Shown here: in pieces, positions 58,809 to 64,000 of the stretch
Layout: each line of letters starts with the position of its first letter
Position numbering within the stretch: the first letter of the stretch is position 1
From: Rhizodiscina lignyota
Lineage: Eukaryota
Assembly: GCA_010015805.1 (NCBI GenBank)
Contig: ML978132.1
Location: forward strand, 682,001 to 746,000
DNA length: 64,000 bases
Direction: 5' to 3'
Made by a program: the position numbers and the translations under genes
Notes under the pieces: generated by a model
Seen by the model: only the letters and a program-made list of their open reading frames with translations
What the model was told of the DNA's origin: nothing
The model's database searches: none

Positions 58809-61247
58809 GGTGAGCCCTTCGATCCGTCGTAATGTGTATTGCAGAACTTGAGGCACACCGATCGAAGTCTAACGCTTCAAGTGTTAGCCCAAGAATTATA
58901 TACTGGTTGGGGATTTCAAGGCTGTTGTACGACAGTTTGAAGCATGGTACGCAAGATCTTAGTGCTAGCCGTTTAAAATGAGAAGGTCATCAATTGAGTA
59001 CCGCACTTGCTCACTAAAATCCACCCTTCTTTCACCTCGCTTCCATTACCACAGCAAAGACAACCAGACATTCCTCAAAATTTTGCATCATACATCGTCG
59101 TATACGCACAGAGGTACTCAAAAAGAAAGAAGCTATGGCCTCGAATCTTAGAGATCAATCCCTCACGAAAAACTGGGTCGACAGAGATCAAAAGTTCAAA
59201 ACCACTGGCTTCGCACAGAATTATCTAACCGCAACATGTGTCTTATAAAACTCAAACTACGTCGTACTAAGGACGCTGGTAGAATGCTGCATCCCGAATA
59301 CTTGACTGGGCCTATCATAAGTCGTATTCAGAGAGGAGAGAGTAGCATAGAGAACTTCGTTGTCTGGTGTGTGTTCAATAAAAGGGCGCGACAAACCGCC
59401 GATAAATGGAGCTCACACGCGCTTGACGGAGGTGTGATTTTGGTTGTTGTGTTGGTAAACTGAAGTTACTGCTAAGTTGCTTGCTCTCAGAGTGTTCCCT
59501 TTGCCGAGACCATAGAGCAGCCGAAGAGAATGAGTCGTACGCTCTTCTAATATTTGCACTTTGTGCTCATCTTAAAATGAGATCTCTGGATTTGATATCC
59601 GGGTCATGAGTCGTGGAGCATTGTCTGCAGCTGAGTCGTTTTGTTAGCCATCTTGGTCCTATGATCTCCGCAGCACTGAGGTCGGAGCCGAGATCAGGAA
59701 TGCAGTCGATTCCTGGTAGCGACGAATTTCACGGAGAATCCTTAAGCGTTACAAGGGACGCACTTGGTCTGTTGATGTCGTATTGATTGCCGTCATAGAT
59801 CTTGGGAGCAGAAAACGCCAGTGGAGCAAGAGAGCAAAAGTCCGCTTGATTTGATTTTCAGGGTGAATACGGCTAGCCCATGAAAGTGTGGTCTGTTGAT
59901 CCTTTGGTCTTTCGAAATTCTTCCTTTTAATTGTTATTGTTAATGTTCAGGCGTCGATGAGTGTGATGCTGTGGATGCCATCAACATCGACGGAAAACAC
60001 TGCCTTCAGGGAACAGGTGTTTGTAGATGCAATCTGGTCCCTCTCTGGGCCGTATTGTGGGAGGTGCCATAACCCTCCGAGGGGCCACATTTCCGACGCC
60101 TTTTCCGGCCGCCCGAACTGATACTGGTCCATAGGCAGAAGAGTACATCAAGTAAAAGCCAGTCGAGCATGGGAAGGATTTGCGAGGTCCAACCTTCTGT
60201 GGCATGATTCTGGCGTGTGAGTTTTAATCAAACGTCGCTCCTGGGTTCGATGTCTGGCTTGAACATGCCAGAGTCCGCGTAGACCTCGCCTCACCGCCTC
60301 ACCGCGTGCACTGGCTCGCCCTGCTCTTTCCTTCTGGAGATCCTCATGCGATGCGGTGTAGAATCCGTGTAGTCATTGTTCGTGTCGTGTCGTGAGCTTT
60401 AAAGTAAGTAGTCTTAGGCGCCCGTCCGGATCCTGGAAACGGTAGAGTAGCCTTGCCGTTATGATTCGTTGAGGACAATCCCGGACTTTGATCGTATCTG
60501 GCTGAAGCGGGAGATGCCCTAAGGTGCAAATGGCCTTACTAACAGTACGGAAGAGAAGCTGTATGTTGAATCTATGATCACTGGTCAGCAGTCTTACAAC
60601 TGTTCTTAGCTGTGTAGGTTTGCTTGTGCTTACAGTGAAGCCAGCCACGGCAAGCAGGCACAAATGAAAGCCAAAACGGTGGTGAAGAGAGGTCTTTGGC
60701 AAGCCTTAGATAAGAAGGAATAGAGTGAACTGAAGAGGCCAAAGTCCGTACAAATAAAGGTTGCGTTGTGCAGAGTTCAGAGGCGGTGCATCGGACACCA
60801 TTTTATAACCTCAATGGAATTAAAGTGACCTACGAAAACAGTTAATAAAGTAACTTGGCAAGTAAGGATTCTGGGAATTGTACATCTTTCACACGAGCAG
60901 ACATGAGTCGCAAACAAGTCAGGATATAGATAGTTATCTGGGTTGGTCACCTCAAGAAACCGGACCTTTTGAGTGCTGTACTCCTCATATCCGACTTGAT
61001 CGTCCCCGTAATCGGTCCAGAGCTATCGCGAAAGTAACGTGGGTCGCAAGGCACAGAAAACTTTGAAATTAGGAAGGAGCAAATGAAAGCCGATAGATTA
61101 GACAGTCGCAGAATGCAGCATGTGACCAAAGAGCCACAGTGCTTCTATGCCCCTAATGTTCTAGTAGTACACTCACCAAGCCCCATCACAATCGCAGTCT
61201 CTTTGCGCTCATTCATTTCCCTCTTGCAAAACCTCAAGTATCTGCTC

Positions 61248-62799
61248 TTACAGATAGAGACCCTCTGGCTCGCCCTCACTCTTCGTCTTGAGCACTCTCT
61301 CCCTTGCAGAACGGAAGTCCGCCATCTGCACCCTCATTCTCCTCTCACGCAGAGCCATCAACCCAGCCTCACTGCAGATGGCCTTGATATCGGCACCGGA
61401 AAGATCGTCTTTCTGGTTGATGAATTCGTCGAGGTCGACATCTTCGGCGAGCGACATCTTGGAGGTGTGGAGGGTGAAGATCTTCTTCTTGGTGACCTCT
61501 GCAATATTGTTAGTAGTGTCGTAGACCACGTAGAAGAGAAAGCTTACGGTCGGGATTCTCGAAGAGAATTTTGCGGTCAATACGACCAGGTCGGATAAGT
61601 GCAGGGTCGAGAGTTTCAATTTTGTTTGTAGCCATGATGACCTTGACGTCGCCGCGGTCGTCAAAGCCATCCAGCTGGTTCAGAAGCTCAAGCATAGTTC
61701 GCTGAACCTCGCGCTCACCACCAGATGTTGACTCGTATCGCTTCGTGCCGATAGCATCGATTTCGTCGATGAAAACGATGGACGGCGCGTGCTCAGCAGC
61801 GACTTGGAAGAGTTGTCGCACCAGTCGAGGCCCATCACCCAGATACTTCTGGATCAGCTCACTACCAACGATGCGAAGGAATGTCGCGCTCGTCTGATTC
61901 GCCACAGCTTTGGCGAGCAGGGTCTTGCCGGTGCCGGGAGCACCGTACAGAATAACACCTTTTGGTGGCTTGATGCCCATTTCCTCATACAGTTCGGGAT
62001 GCAGCAGAGGAAGTTCCACTGCTTCACGAACCTCCTGAATCTGAGCCTCCAAGCCACCAATATCTGCGTACGACTCTGTAGGTGCCTTATCTAGCTTCAT
62101 GACCGAGACCAGTGGATCCGACTCCTCCGTCAACACACCGACCACCGACACAGACTTGTGATGCAGCAGAATGCTCGCGCCCGGCTCGAGAAGGTCCTTG
62201 TCGACGAAAGACATGATTGAGACGTAATACTCCGGTCCAGTCGCGCTTGAGACAATGGCGTGATCGTCATCAATCATCTCCTCGAGGTTGCCAACGCCCA
62301 TCGGGCTTCCTCTCATGTCGTCAACTCGGCTCCTCTCGTCCGCATTCCGATCGATTGCATCAGAGTCACCTCCAGCACTCGCTGGTGTCGGCGCACTTGC
62401 CGCCTTCGCCTTGCGGATCTGCTCCTGGTTCTCAACGTATTCCTCCTCAAGCAGCAAGTGGTCATGTATTCTCTGCATTCGAAGGTATCGGAGCTTGCAT
62501 CGCGCGGTGGGGTAGACGACAGGTAGTTTGGCAGCAGCGTTGGGACCAGCGGCTCTGCGCTTCTTGCGACCGATACGTGTCGTCGGCTGTGGTGGCGGCT
62601 CGTACTTGGGCTTGTCTTTCTGTGACGGTGTCAGATACTGAGAATGATACAAACCTTCCGGCCTTGATTTATACCTTTTGGTCTTTCTTGTTATCATCTT
62701 TCCCGGCGCCAGGAGGACCACCTCCGGGCATAGACTGGTTTGCACCCTGCGATGTGATTAGAAAAGCTATGGCTTTGCTACACAGAGTCCACGTACCAT
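61248..62799 (-). CDS. RPT2: 26S proteasome regulatory AAA-ATPase subunit 4 (465 aa)
   Basis: ATG-only first coding exon, introns 62747-62796, 62620-62674, 61499-61547. MGANQS start, [17 protein letters not shown]-terminal PEGLYL. Confidence 0.97.
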
Positions 62800-63448
62800 G
62801 ATAGCAACCGCTGACTTTACTTGCTTTGACGGCTGAGCAGTTTATTCTGGGCGTTACAGAGGATACGAAGGATGGCCAGAGGTCTCACGCAGCTGTAGAA
62901 TGATGTTTGTGGTTGTGGTGAGAGTTCGGAGGTTGAAGCTTGACGCGCGCTCCCAGAGCTTTGATAAGTAAGCGCGCCTCACGGCCCTGGCCCTGGCTGC
63001 GGCAAGCTCCGAAGGCGTTAATGGTTCTTGGCATGGATATACCTGACCATCGACGACCTTCGAGCCTGCTCCATTCACCTCTCGACACGTCTGCCTGCTA
63101 CATCGGACTGTCAAAGGCATCCTGCTCTCCTCTTCCACACTAGACATCACTTGAACCTCCAACAACTTGCATCTCCACAGCTTAGTAGCGTCCGAACAGC
63201 TGCCGCTTGCCCCCACGGAGCTCGACAGCCTCACAAGGCTGCTCTGAGTTCGTGTGACTGTTGGCCCTGCTGCCTCGCAACGTCAATTAGATCCGACTGC
63301 CGAGCACTGCCTCGCTCACTACTTCCTCACCAAACCTTCTGCCTCTTTGTGCTGGGACGGACAGGTCTTTGTCTTGTCTCATTCACCGCCGCTAAACCAC
63401 GCATACCGACATCACGAGCCTCCGCGATTTCACCCATCGAACTCCACC

Positions 63449-64000
63449 ATGAGCTCTAACCGTGCTCGTCGTATTGCTAAGGAGATTGCGGACATCAAGG
63501 CTGATACTCACTCGAAGATATCTGTCGAGCCGGTGAAGGATGATGATCTCACGCATCTCCGCGGCCAGTTCATGGGGCCACCAGATACGCCATATGAAGG
63601 TGGCACTTATTTCGTCGATATCAAGATTCCGAGCGAATACCCCTTCCGACCTCCAGTAATGAAGTTCGAGACTAAGCTCTGGCATCCCAATGTCTCTAGT
63701 CAAACGGTAATATGCTATTTAGTTCGTGTCAGTTGTTGTCCTATGGCTAATTGGAGATGGTTAGGGTGCGATCTGCCTTGACACCCTTTCCTCCCAATGG
63801 TCCCCTGTTCTCACCATCAAGTCCGCTCTTATCTCTCTACAGTCCCTCCTCTCTACCCCCGAGCCAAAAGACCCACAGGACGCTGAAGTCGCTGGTATGT
63901 TGATTCGTAATCCGGCGGAGTTTGAGCATGTGGCACGTGATTGGGCTGTCAAGTATGCTGGTGCGCCAAAGAAGGAGAGTGGCGAAGGTAGTGGCGGTGC
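63449..64000 (+). CDS. UBC1: Ubiquitin-conjugating enzyme E2-25K/Ubc1 (3' end beyond the window)
   Basis: [38 protein letters not shown] (catalytic Cys), [12 protein letters not shown]. Intron 63707-63764. Confidence 0.93.

Noticed and set aside
58850..61200. 2.3-kb gene-poor stretch examined for tRNA, transposon or relic gene
   Set aside because: No cloverleaf or B-box context, terminal repeats or recognisable protein fragments were found by eye.
61789..62801. + strand ORFs overlapping RPT2
   Set aside because: Antisense shadows of a highly conserved gene.

Overview
Gene-dense, intron-rich region of a filamentous ascomycete genome (Pezizomycotina, probably a Dothideomycete, inferred from protein style and GT..CTRAY..YAG introns). 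About 21 protein-coding loci were reconstructed by hand; the spliced lengths of the complete intron-containing genes are multiples of 3. Conserved genes: Sat4/Hal4-type kinase (partial), CBP80/STO1, GSK-3, mid-SUN protein SLP1, SNF1/AMPK beta subunit, Mn-type CDF transporter, MFS monocarboxylate transporter, RPT2 and UBC1 (partial). They are interleaved with lineage-specific genes: a 1687-aa GPI-type repeat surface protein, F-box-like orphans, a 7TM-like protein, and a small FMO/SDR/zinc-finger TF cluster. The most unusual item is a 5-exon gene at 47739-50426 (-). It fuses a fungal STAND/NLR-type N-terminal helical domain, a ubiquitin-like domain, a C4 zinc ribbon, a RanBP9/Ssh4-type SPRY domain and an NsdD-like GATA finger, with no NTPase domain. 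Other notable items: an FMO interrupted by a single stop at its fingerprint Tyr; a 30-bp hairpin insertion with an 8-bp duplication in the SDR/TF promoter; two N-myristoylation starts and a GC-AG intron in the AMPK beta gene; a 119-codon in-frame upstream extension of CBP80; and about 1 kb free of ATG upstream of GSK-3. No rRNA, tRNA, CRISPR array or intact transposon was recognised. All family assignments come from motif recognition, not database searches.
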